A DNA stretch of 64,000 nucleotides from Marsupella aquatica (Eukaryota > Plantae > Marchantiophyta), in assembly GCA_973895155.1 (NCBI GenBank), contig OZ316893.1, positions 5,966,171 through 6,030,170 of the forward strand. Reading direction: 5' to 3'. Both the position numbers and the translations under genes were made by a program. Shown here one piece after another: positions 26,801 to 39,100 of the stretch. Every line of letters starts with the position of its first letter. Position 1 is the stretch's first letter. Under the pieces are notes generated by a model, which saw only the letters and a program-made list of their open reading frames with translations, was not told the origin of the DNA and ran no database searches.

Positions 26801-29800
26801 TTCAGTTGCCTGGGCTTTTATACTGATCGGATATATATCATCAAGATTCCTCCATGTCGGAGAGAAACGCCTGTTTATACGACTCACGTATAATATTCAA
26901 CTCTTAACGCCCAAAAGAGGTTGGACTCATCTCTTTTTCAGCCTGGGACACTTTCTCGTCTCCCCATACTTCTTCCCCGACTTCTTCAAGTCCTGCTCAG
27001 TTCGTGAATGATCTTTCTTGCCGCCTGCACTTATCTGCATTTGCCTTGCTTTCAGACAAGTTACACTTTTATTGAAGGTCATCTCTCTTTATTGTATTGC
27101 TTTTCCATTTAAGACAGCATTGTCCCCACTACTGCTTGTCTCCCGGCTGAGCTTCTTTATTGCCTGTTATAATTTATATCAATTTTTTGCTCACCTGCAT
27201 GAACTTGTTGTTCTGGATTTATCGTCGAGCCTTCTGCCTAATAGGCTAGCTAGCTACACGGTCTGCCATATTTCTTGTCCACAAGTTCAGCTTTGAATAA
27301 ATGGCGTCAGAGCATCTCTACTGTAGTGATCTTCTCTTTTTCATAGGGAATCAAAAAATTCTCTATCTTCATTGGCTTTTTGAATGGCTGGCGATGAAAC
27401 TTCATTATTGACAAGTTCTCTTTCTCTCTACTTTCCCGTTTTCTTTATATAGCGGGCTCATTGTTTGACGTAAAGTTGTTGGCATTTTCAGCTTGAGTTA
27501 ATACTGAACCTTGCTCCTATGGATGTCATGTCCTACAACAGGTTATATTGATGGTGACATTGGTCAAGAGCTGGACTCACGCCTTTTAAGATAAATAGGA
27601 TTGAAGCACGTCAAGGCAATGAGGTAGTGCTTAAACTCTTTTAGCTAAGTGCTCTCACATATAGATTGCTTTATCTAAGCCTGGAAGAATACTGTAGATC
27701 TGAGCTGTGAGAAGACTCTACTATAGAGATTTGATTCAAACACGTTTGTGATTATTCAGTTCAAGAACAGTTGTGGAAGTTAATAATTACTGACTAAAAC
27801 CTTTCCCAGTTATATCTCAAGTTATATGAATGTGAAGTTTTGACAATTGCTAGGTCCCTTGTTTGCTTGACTATTTGTGTCCGCTAAGCTGACTTCAGGT
27901 TATGTTTAATATGGAGTCAAATAAGTTGCGGATATGGTACCTGGCAAGCCTTGTTACATTCTGACTGGAATCATTCTATATTTTTTTAGCAAAGCCAACG
28001 GAGGATCCCTTTGAGATCAAGAAGGTGCATAAGATGCTGGGAACTTTACCTGTTGGAAAGGTTGATACCCTCAGTGGAGGAAAAGTTGAATTGCATCCTC
28101 GATAAACATAAGGTGACTGCCCTCAGTATTGTTTTCAAAGAAATAGATTGATAGACTTGAAGTTCAGTCACTGTTATAAAAATACCAGACAATGTACTTT
28201 AATTATTTAGTATGGTATAATTAAGGAACTCTAGGATTTGGTTGATGAAATGGATCAGTTCTTAAAGATTGAAGGTTAGAGGACATTGAAAGTTTAGGGC
28301 CAGCTATAAGTGTCAGACTTAGGAGTCTTCTTGGTCGAGGTCAAGCTCTTCTCAACAATTAATCTGCTTGTATTTGGTGAATCTCTCTATATATATATAT
28401 CGATATAAGGGACAACTACTGCCTCTGACTTCTCCTCCTGTCTAATTTACACAGCCATAGTGATGTACTCTATATCATGCATTTGGAATTTGAGAAAAGT
28501 TCTGAGCTCTTCTTGTTTTCCTTTTGCAGAATGATGACATTGTATTATATGCAAGCTCAATTTGAGTCTGATGAGAGTTTGGGATGACTGGAAGTCTGCA
28601 ATGTACGTACAATTTACCAAGAACTGGATCCTTTTGGGCAGGTAGTGTTCATGATTAATTGCAAATGAAACAACAGGACCTCGAGCTTACCTTTTGAACA
28701 TTGCAAGGTTGCAATTGCCATTATGAGTTTGCAAGCCTAATGAATGACGGGTGCATTTCTAGCGAGTGAGCCAATTGGAATTGGAGAATTTCAACTCCTC
28801 TGTAAGTCTCTGATCGCACTCCCTTGTGTGGTATGTATGTCTTGGAATACCTAGATTACATGGTTTATGGGACTACAAATTCACAACCAGCTACGTAGTC
28901 TCAATGTGATGCATTTTTTGCTCTGATGCATATGACCTGTATTTTCCATTTGCTGATACAGGAGCGGGAAACTACAAGCTACCTGACATGAAAGGGACAA
29001 CCACACTGTGGAATTCCAGATTGCTTAAGAAGCAATAGTTGTAGATTTGAGGGATGCAGCTCCTGTACAAAGTATAATCATAACTTTTTTGATTCATTTG
29101 TTGATCACAAGCTTGATTGCTGGAGAATAGGATTAGATGCTCAACAGTATTCTAGTGTAGATCATTGATGAAATATTGTATGACACTCAAAATGACATTA
29201 TAAATAATGTGCATTATGATATCCAAAATGAGTCCATCATGTATGACATTCCAAATGAATTTATAAATGACGTGTGTTGTGACATCATTTTAATGACGCC
29301 TTCTCAAGTCATTTCCATCATTGGAAAATGACATCTTTTATGACTGTCCAAAATGACTAAATGAAATACGTCATTTTTTACAGATGAAAATGACTACTGA
29401 AATTCGTCATTTTGGACAGATCCAAAATGACAACTAAGTATATCCATGTGTCTATCACACAATGATCCACATGGTGGCTAATGATTTGTGAGAGCTTTCG
29501 TCATATTAGACATGTCTGAAATGACAAGAATTTATTGCCCCATGTTGATTATGAAAGATGCCACATGTCTATGGTTCATTTGTTCAAAATATGGGTCATT
29601 CTGGACATGTCTAAAATGACATATTATTTGTTTAGTGGTTGGACACGTGGCTTTTTTTAATTGGTGACGGTGACCGTCAATGGTGAACGGCACAAGACCG
29701 TTGATGACACTTTTTTACGTCATTTTGGACTGTTGGTCATTTTGGACCTTTGGTCATTTCTAGTAATTTTGGACAATAACCAATGACCATGGGATTTTTG

Positions 29801-30747
29801 CGTCATTTGTCCGATAGGACCATGACGCATTTGTCCAATGCAACGTGTCTGGAAAGACACAAACAAATGCGTCATTGGTTTGATGAAAAGACCATGTCAA
29901 TAGTCATTGTTACAGTCATAAATAACCCTGTTTTCTACTAGTGTCAATATCATCAAGGTTCCATGTGTAACCAAGAAGTCCGTTGATCCGTTGGGATTTG
30001 TTGTGAACCCATATCAGAAGCCTGTTGGTTTAGGGGCTTGGTTTGTTTCCCATTTCTCTGAGAAAGAGGATTGGGTTATTGATCTTTGTTGTGGAACCGG
30101 ATCGGCATTAGCTGCTACGCTCCTCAATTCTCGCCAGGGTTGTGCTGTTGATAAGAGTTCTGCGCAGATTGGTTTTGTAAAATCCCGGATCATGATTCTG
30201 GAGTCAAACTGGAATTTATATGAAGAATCCCAGATTGAAGGGCACGGCGTTGAAGGTCATGAGATTCAACCACCAATTGCAGGCCAATTGGGTGTACTCG
30301 GGACATCGACTTACATAGTTGAGGTCGTGAAGGAGACCGAAGAGGAACAAGAAGAAACTGAGGAAGAGCCTCCCAGAACACCAAATGAGGATGATCTCAA
30401 CGACATGTTATTAGATTAGTTGCGTGTGCTCGTTAGGATAATGTCAATCACCAATGAAGTTGTCGATAAATTTATCGACTTCTGTATTCCATGAGGAAGA
30501 ACCTTTGTCACATTTATTAATGCGATAAATTTATCAGACTTTGCATATATCGGACTGTCGCGGTGTTCCTGCTGGGGGAATGGAGTTGTCGATAATCTTA
30601 TCGGACAACATTGTATTCTCTAACTGGTTTGTCATTGCAATTATTAAAAAAAAAAGATATCATTATAGCTTCGGAGTACATAGTCCTAGAACGATAACCA
30701 CTGTACATATTCATGGGAACGATAACCATTATAACTTAAACCTGAAA

Positions 30748-33700
30748 CTAGCTTCGACTATCAACGACTACAGTCTCCATTGCATTTTGAATGATTCGTC
30801 TTGTTTGTATAGGGAGAGTACTATTTGCCAATAACGCAAAGTTATACGCATAAACGGCAGTTTCTGATAGGGACAAATCATCCTCCAGTACTTTGCTAGA
30901 CGAAGCCTCTTTCTCCGGATAATATCTGCCTTCAATTGTAGACTCTTCCTCCGAATCCATTGCATACCAAGTGATTTTAATCCGCTCCGGGATGTCGTTA
31001 ATTCTTGTGAGAATCTCAGTCACTTTTGCCATCCAGAATGGTCTTCCCTTGGGATCCTGATGGGCTGCTACACATATCATTGCAAATTTAGTATTCACCT
31101 CTAGATCCTTGAAGTCTCCAATTTCCGTGACTTTTCTTCGACTTCCGGAATACATGACTGTCCTCACACCCGCTACTTTATCAACCAAGCTAGGTTCCAT
31201 TGCTGCTTCCGTAGGATTACTCGGAAGTTTTCTCTGTACGTTTACCTTGGGCCAACTCCAATCAAAACTCCATTGTGCAGGTTTCAGGTGGTGCTGAATC
31301 ACTTCTTTTTGTTTGTCAAAAAAACGACCCCACCATAGACGATCTGCGTCGTCAAAGTAATTGAATCCATCTTCAATTGCTTTTCGATATTTTTGAAGAG
31401 TTGACAAATAACTTTGAGCCGGCCGCTCATCTTGTTCCTCAGCATCATTCTCTTGCTCTTCATTGTCTCCTGTCGCTCCCGTGGCCGACTTCAATGCCAT
31501 TTGTGGTGCGACCCACATTCCAGATGATGGAATGTACCGAACAAAATCCACCGTCTCCCCCCAATCGATTGTCGTTGAAAGATGTTTGGCATGGAATACG
31601 GACCGAGCACTTCCATCTTCGAGTACTCTAGTAATCCAAAATTGTTTTTGAGCACTTATGCCGTGGAGAGTACGTAGAACCTGACCATCCATATCCTTGT
31701 CATTTGCTTGATCCTTGTCTGACACAAATTTCTTGAAATCGGCAACCTCGTCGACAAAAAATATCTTTGCCGTAGGATTGTAGGATTCCTCTATGATTGC
31801 TGAAAGAGTGTCCAACCAGAAAGCTTTCCGCTTGTTCAATTTTGAAGAAAACTTGCTAAACATTTTATCAATTTGATCATGGGTGTGCCCCACCAATAGG
31901 AAACCAACCTTTATTTTCTGGAAAACACCTATCTCCACCAACATATTCAAATATGCCATAAGATATTTATTCTTGTTTTCCCGAGCTGTGTTATCAAGCT
32001 GGAGGTAAAGCACTGGAGGGAGCAGACCTTCCCAGGTATTCAGAATATGCTGGATAACGTGGATGGTTAGGTTGCTATCATTGTGAATATTTGGATAGTT
32101 CAAAAAAACATTTGAACTTAATTGTTTGTTGAAGATCAAACAACCCACTACGTGTACGGGGATGAAATACTTTTCATCCATATTCTTCGGATACCGAATG
32201 AAATGAGGTAACTCTGTCTTCTTTTGATCCATTCCATCAATACAGATGCCCAAATATTTCTCCGGACTCTTGTAACATTTGCTCCGGTGCTTTGCTAACT
32301 TCTCCCTCTCGACTGCTTGTGCCTTCCGATGCTTGTTTAGCAATGTTGAGAATTTTCCTACAACAATAAAAAAATTTAGGACAAAACATGATAACCGCAA
32401 TGTTGAACCCTGACAGCGATAAATTTATCGGGTTCAGTATTCAAACACGAGACCGTAATGATAAACCCTGACAACGATAAATTTATCGGGTTCAGTATTC
32501 AAACACAAGACCGTAATGAAAAACTGTGACAGCGATAAATTTATCAGGTTCAGTATTCAAACTGTTCAAACGATATATTCACTCACATGGCCAAAGAAGA
32601 AGCACATGAATACTCAACCCGATAAAATTATCGGGAGTAACACACAGGTTTAGAAATTTACTCTTTTCTGCTTTGAGTGTTGCCTTGTCACGGAGTGCTT
32701 TGAATTCAGTACACGGGGCGCAGGTGGAGAAATGGCTCCTTTTGGGGATGCGCACGCGAGGAAACTCCTTGTTCCAAATGCGAACAAACCACGAATATGT
32801 CATGCCTTGTTCTTGGCGCATTAGAGTTTCGGACTGGAAGGCATCAAAAACTTATGTTTTTGTCCAATTGTCAGGTAAATGAAAGATATCCTTGTTGGGG
32901 AGACTCTCGACATTTGTGGAAAAAAATCATCCAGCCATTGGACGAGACCAAGATGTGCGGGTGATTTTTCTCGACAAACTGTACCAATCTGTATCCGAGA
33001 AAACATGTTCTGCGAGATTTTTTGGAGACGATTATTTCCCAGTGAAAATAATTTCTTAAAACCACTTTGACAAAAGGATCTACCGCTAACTGAGTAACCA
33101 CTTGCACCAGCATGCCCACCCTTCACACATCCTCTTAGAAGGACGTTCTTCTCTGGGTAGGATAGCCCATAGTAATAAGTGCGTTGTTTCGTCACGGCTA
33201 GCAGACCCAAATTCCGCAGACAGTAATTATCACAACACGAATACTTATGAATTTCTCTCATTTTGTTTCTATTCAATTTGTCATTTATCACATTGTCTTT
33301 CCTAGTAATTCGGTCCCTATCTTTTTTACTAGGCTCATTTGACTTCTCTACAACCTGAAATCCGTTCATAACATTGGCATTTTCGGGTCCTTCAGGTGCC
33401 TCGCGAATAGATGCATCACTCTCTGCTGAGCTACCATCCTCTATAGATCTCCTTGACGCATTTAGAGGGGCACTGAATAGACGACTATAGCTATTCTCTT
33501 CGACAACTCCTTCTAAACATTCAGACACAACTTGTGCTATTATATTGGATTCTCTATCTCCTTCCTCATCTTCGTCCTCCGATGCACTCGACTCATCTGA
33601 AAACACAATTGGACTCCGTGGCTCTCTATACATAACCCGAATGCCACTAAGACCTCTCCTCGATACTTGGAGCCTGGAACCAATGACAGTCCGCCCTTGA

Positions 33701-34308
33701 GAACTTGGATATTCTGGATTCGCACGTGCAGTCCCAACGACTCTGCGAGCTGCTGGAAAATTGAGCACTTGTTCACCACGATTCCCACGGACCATTCGAG
33801 AAAGGGCCGAGTCTGGACTTCGCAGTCCGATTCCCTCGCTTGCTCGCACATCCAGTCCAGGCAATGCAAAGACCGATCGCCGTATCGGTCTTTGTATTTC
33901 TGTGTCCCGATCCTCACCCGGAGACTGAAAGATCCGTCGTTGAACTTGTGTTGAATGTGGCGACTTGAATGCCGACTGTGATACGCGTATCGGTCGCCGG
34001 ATACCCTCTCCATAACCCGGGATGGATGGCCTGAAGCGACGTCTCGGACCTAAACCTTGGATTGAAAGTTTCTCATTTCTTGGCGATGGAACGCTCAAGA
34101 GACGACGCTTCTCAGGTTTACTAGGCGACACATAGTAAGCACTGGGCTCAAGATCAGAACTTGCATCAGAATCTGAGTCAAAGATTTCGGGCACTATTTG
34201 CTGTGAGAGAGGTAGAGCTTTAAGTATGCGACTTGGCAAACAGCGAGCGACAAGATTAGGAGAGGATTCAACTGAACTGGAAGGTGAATCTGTGTCTGAT
34301 TGAGACAT
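30748..34308 (-). pseudogene. Sola-like DDD transposase (exons 34308-32662 and 32357-30748) with a BAH/SH3-fold-like C-terminal tail
   Basis: Motifs CCDNYC..FCQSGFKKLF..NNRL, FSTCAPC, ICIDGMDQ, LYLQLDNTARENKN and FLLVGHTHDQIDKMFS. Phase-1 GT-AG intron at 32358-32661. Frameshift in a homopolymer run near 32920 and an in-frame TAA near 32853. Confidence 0.8.
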
Positions 34309-34450
34309 GGCTATCCGAGACACTATGGGGCTTTGCATTCCTCCCACAATCAGGGAAAACGAAAGGCTCAACGGACAGAATGTTGCTCCAAGAACACAAC
34401 TCCCAAAACTCTACTCTCGATAATGACGCCAAAAACTTATCGGCGGTGGC

Positions 34451-34501
34451 CCTTTTATAGTGTCTGTTGAGGGGTTGGCCCACGTGTCCACTTTTGATTG
34501 G
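34451..34501 (-). promoter_or_regulatory. Putative transposase promoter: CCAAT box, G-box/ABRE (GACACGTGG) and TATA box (CTATAAAAGG)
   Basis: On the - strand the order is CCAAT (~34500), GACACGTGG (~34485), CTATAAAAG (34452-34460), about 150 bp upstream of the ATG at 34308. Confidence 0.5.
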
Positions 34502-35588
34502 CTGTCACCCTAAACGATAAAATAGCAGAAAAGGGTATATTTCTTGGATTTCCAATTTCATTCTCACACGTGCATCGTGGCAAAATTATATAGTTTTGAA
34601 ATTGAAGCGATAAATTTATCTGATGTTGGTATTGCAAAAGTGGTTCCTTCATATGGAAGTTGCAATTTTGAAATTGAAGCGATAAATTTATCTGATGTTG
34701 GTATTGTGAAGAGTTTTCTTCATATGGATAGGAATTTTGAAATTTAACTGATGAACCGAAGGATCTTAGTATTGTCGACTAGTATTTTTGTCGCCCGTAG
34801 TTTTCGTGATAATTTTATCGGACTGCGCATTGCTGTTGAAAGAATGGCATGTTGACTATGGTCACTTGCGGAGGTAACTGGTCAATTGCGGAGGTAACTG
34901 CAAGGTAAATTTGACGAACCGTGCAGTAATTCTTATCGACTGTGATGTAAAATATTTTTGGTAAATATCCAAAAACTGAGAAACCTGAGATTGGGTCGGA
35001 GTTTTCGTGGCTCAAATCCGGAGTCCGATACAGTTATCGCACTTGGCTCGAAACATGGATATGGATTTATAGATAAGACCTTTCATATATCTTCGGAGAG
35101 CGTGAATATGAGGTCGAGGAGAAAGTTTTTCGGATCTAATTGTTCCTTGATAATATGAATGTTTGTTAGCATGAATTTCATTGGTTTTGATCATTATTAA
35201 ATTTGTTGTTTCAATCCGAACTCCGATACGAATTACATTATTTCCCCAAAAACGCGTTTTTGATGAAAAAAACTGCCGATTTCGCGAGATTCGGCGGAAA
35301 ATAAAAATACACTTCTCGTTTAGAGGAAATAGTTCTCGTTCGGTCCAAAATCGTGTTCATATAATGGTGTAATGGTTGATTGTCCCCTCCCACAGTTTGA
35401 CACAATGGTGTTTCACCCTTTTTATGCTATGGGTTATGAATGGTAGCCTAAATTTTTTGTTCGTCGACGCACTTGTCATGCCAAGACCAATAATAAAGTC
35501 AACCTATCTTGAACAATAGCTATATCCTGAGTTATGTTTTGACACGCACTGATATGCGACCGACATCTCCATCCGCGTGCAAGTAATG

Positions 35589-36045
35589 GTTTATGTTCTG
35601 TCATCAACATGTACATCGTAGTTGATGTTCTGTCATCAACATGAACATCGTAGTTGATGTTCTGTTATCAAAATGAACATCATAGTTTATGTTCTGTCAT
35701 CAACATGTACATCATAGTTGATGTTCTGTCATCAAAATGAACATTGTAGTTTATGTTCTGTCATCAACATGTACATCGTAGTTTATGTTCTGTCATGAAC
35801 ATACTTGGGTTTCTGTTCTGTCATCAACATGTACATCATAGTTGATGTTCTGTCATCAAAATGAACATTGTAGTTTATGTTCTGTCATCAACATGTACAT
35901 CATAGTTGATGTTCTGTCATCAAAATGAACATCGTAGTTTATGTTCTGTCATCAACATGTGCATAGTAGTTTATGTTCTGTCATGAACATACTTGGGTTT
36001 ATGTTCTGGCATGGATTATGGACATAGTAGTTTATGTTCTGTCAT
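35589..36045. repeat. 32-bp tandem repeat array (~14 copies) built on the MULE motif GTTTATGTTCTG
   Basis: GTTKATGTTCTGTCATCAACATGTACATCGTA at a 32-bp period. The core motif is also present in both TIRs (8511 and 40421-40432). Confidence 0.9.
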
Positions 36046-36180
36046 GAGTTTTGTGTACTTTTGACCGAGTTATGGTTCATGTTTTGCATTCACTCGCATA
36101 TTATGTGTATCACAAGACTCATTGTCAATGTTTTGCCGCACACATATACAAGGGTTACAACAAAGGGGTATTTTCTGTTA

Positions 36181-39100
36181 TTATTCATCATTTTCCAAGA
36201 GAGGTACAACATTCAGATCGATATTGACATTCATGTCAATATCTCTACCACCCCCTCCAAGATGAATAACACGGTTTGGAACTACTGGCAAGGACGAATT
36301 AGCAGTCCTTCGCCGCCGCTTGCCTTCCTGACATTGTAGTCCTATCCTACATAGATGTTGTCTGTTAGATTCCCTAGTTACTTTACGCTTTGAAGGCAGT
36401 GCACATGGCACCGGGCGTTCATCACATTGTATAGATGGTGCGTGAGTTCATTGCCCTCTCTTGCCCCCATGGTAAATATCTATAACCCCCAAGCGACGCT
36501 TAGATGTCAGCCCTATAGGCCTTACAAATGCATCTGCAGGACCTATATTGGCCTTCCCTGAAAGCACTTTCATTTGTTGTTGAGCTTTGAGTTTGGTGAG
36601 TGTGACTTGTGATGCCAAGAATGCTTGTTCTGTGAGGTAGTCATCTCCTTCAACAATAGCCAATTGCTGATAAAAAATGTGGATTAAGTTCGCCCTCATA
36701 TTTGGCTCTCTATTCTGAACAGCTACAGTAGAGTGTTGTAAAATCTGAATCACAGACAATTACAGTAAGATGTTGCTAACAAACATTGGCAGAACATATT
36801 AAACAAAGGTGTAGAACATAAACTTAAACTTACGCCGTCAACGTGAACATGTGTAGAACATAAACCTCAACAAACACCATCAACATGAACATGTGTAGAA
36901 CATAAACCGCAACAAACGCCGTCAACATGAACATGTGTAGAACATAAACTTAAATAAACTCTGTAAACTTAAAGCCAGAGAGATTTGCAGAACATGAACC
37001 TGTTCAGGTTGTTGGTTGATGTCTGTGTCCTCATGGACTCCGGTTGGTTGTCCTCCTTCCGGCTCTGTTTCTTCGTGTTGAAGCAGTTCCAAATGGTCAA
37101 TGCCACCCATCTGAGTACCAAACCTAGACCCTAATTGTTGTACTAGAACACCTCCATCGAAGCCTCTAAATAAGAGAGCCTTAATCTGATGTTTACACAT
37201 ATTTCCCTCATCCGCCCATTTACAATCACAGGAAGGAAAGTTCGAGAATATATTTCGAACAATGTGCTCCTTCCCATCAGGCTTGGCACTTCTTACTATT
37301 GCCTGGTTGGGCAGGCTCGGATCAGGAAAATAGACTTTGTGGAATTTCATGGCATGCATGGCCTTGTGGAGGCTATTGAGGACAACCTCTTCCTTTTTGC
37401 AATTGATGACTCTCCCCTTTGCTTTGCACCGAAGCTGGTACCAAAAAGCATAACCTGGAACAAAGAAGTGACAACCCTGTCTAGACGCAGAGCTCCAATG
37501 GACCCAATATTCCTCTTGATCATCTTCTTCAATGTTAAATGCCAAGCTTCAATTGCACCATTTGTATTCTGGTTGGCTCGAGGCATGTCTCGAACAGCCC
37601 TCATCCACTTTGCTGTGATTCCACAAATGCATAAAAACAATAATTAGGTGTAATCATGAGAAAACTGCCAAGAAATATGCTTGACTCATTGCAAGGAAAA
37701 ATGAGTAGGAGGTCGGGCAGAACATGAACCTGTTCTGTGCATCCAAGTGTCTTCAAAATAAGCTAGGAATCGTTGTTCCATGTGGTACTTTGCTTGGAAG
37801 GATCGCCACTTAACTTGCATGTCTTCCTCAGTATTGGCATACATGAGATCCCCCAGATCATCGTTCATATCCAGAAGCTTGGTTCTATTTGGTACAGTCT
37901 TGATCAAATTCTCCTTCCAAGCTCTGTATACACAAACACATAAGTGGGTTGGGCAGAACATGAACTTCATAGGTCGAGTTACAAATATGGTAACATTACT
38001 TGCAACACAAAATGTTTGACATGTGGAAGAACATACCGTCGAACATGCCAACTGCAAAAATAAATGGGGATATCAAGAAAGACAACTTTCAATGCGCTGA
38101 CTTCAGCCTGAGCACAGTCAATAATGAAGCAGCTAGGACTCCAATCAGGTTTGTGCACCAAGGCTGTATCCTTTACTGCCTTCAAAAAAGTAGCGATGTG
38201 CTCAACTGATTCAGACTGCTGGATGCACCATGCTATGGGTAATCCCATCTGGTGTTGATCAAAAGCAACGAGCGTGAAGAAAGGGAACTGCAACCGCACT
38301 GGGGTTAGAAAGGCAGAACATGAACTAGAAGACAAATAATGAACTCAAGTACATTGTGTAGTGACATGGCAGAACATGAACTACAAGACATCAAATGAAA
38401 TAGGTCACATGGCAGAACATGAACTATAATACTAGAAACAAAATATATGAAGAGCAGAACATGAACTATAACAGAAGGGATAGACACAACAAAACATATG
38501 AAGATGGCAGAACATGAACTTCAACAAAGATACAAAATGAAGTCGCATGGTCAAATAGGTGTGATGGGTAGAACATGAACCATAATTGAAGGAACAGACA
38601 CAAGAAAACATATGAAGATGGCAAAACATGAACTAGAAGACATGGAATGCAATGAAATGGAGATCTTGAGGAGATGAAATGCTAATTACATACCCCATAT
38701 TTATTAGTTGCAAAGGTACTATCTAACGCCAAAACTGATCCATGAGATAGGGTGATCATCTACGCTCGTTGCCAAGGTGACTGCAATTATGAAAGTATGA
38801 ATTCCTGCTCTGGTGGGCCCGCCATGTACTCCTATGAAAGAAGCACTCTCTCAGGATACATCCCCATCCATTTGCGCATCGATGCCTGGTCATTATCAGA
38901 CCATAGCCAGGTCTCCTTGTCAACTTTTTGTTTGAGGTTTCGAAGATCTTGTTTAGAAACCAGGTCGTCTCTCCCATCGAAAGTTAGTGACACACCAGGA
39001 TCAGTGGTATTGTGTCCACGATCATGACCATCTCTTTCAAACTGCGATTGACAATGGAGGTCATAAATATCAAGGACGGACCATCCTGCCCTCAATAAGT

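Larger units (their letters stand above)
18415..29943. mobile_element. Non-autonomous CACTA (En/Spm) element, 11.5 kb
   Basis: Ends CACTAGAAGAAAACA and TGTTTTCTACTAGTG, 3-bp TSD TCA (18412-18414 and 29944-29946), dense ATGAC/GTCAT subterminal motifs. No TnpD ORF visible. Confidence 0.95.
15417..30419 (+). pseudogene. ParB-like domain + beta-class N6-adenine/N4-cytosine DNA methyltransferase, disrupted by a CACTA insertion (exons 15417-16385, 16548-17605, 17782-18414 joined to 29947-30419)
   Basis: ParB/Srx-like IRPVDRLHV...PFVLCV...YRIIGGNH (16863-16880). Motif IV variant AVADIPY (DIPY 18073-18084). After the insert come PYQKP (30009) and SAM-binding motif I VIDLCCGTGS (D at 30081). The junction ESRV|NIIKVP is in frame once the element and one TSD are removed. 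Further frameshifts near 16990 and 18220. Confidence 0.85.
12652..34820. repeat. Dispersed 14-bp palindrome CGATAAATTTATCG confined to the Sola-like element
   Basis: Exact copies at 12652, 12745, 12823, 12879, 14213, 30464, 32417 and 32475. Variants with 1-3 mismatches at 12972, 15294, 15365, 16427, 16495, 17637, 17712, 30523, 30590, 32533, 32620, 34608, 34680 and 34807. Confidence 0.95.
12206..35357. mobile_element. Sola-like (DDD transposase) DNA transposon nested in the MULE; ~11.6 kb without the CACTA insert
   Basis: 25-bp TIRs AACACGATTTCGGACCGACCGAGAA (12206-12230) and TTCTCGTTCGGTCCAAAATCGTGTT (35333-35357), 23/25 identical. 4-bp TSD CATA at 12202-12205 and 35358-35361. Transposase gene inside. 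Confidence 0.85.

Noticed and set aside
35589-36045. 32-bp periodic array resembling a CRISPR array
   Set aside because: Units are head-to-tail with no unique spacers, there are no cas genes, and the context is a eukaryotic TE.
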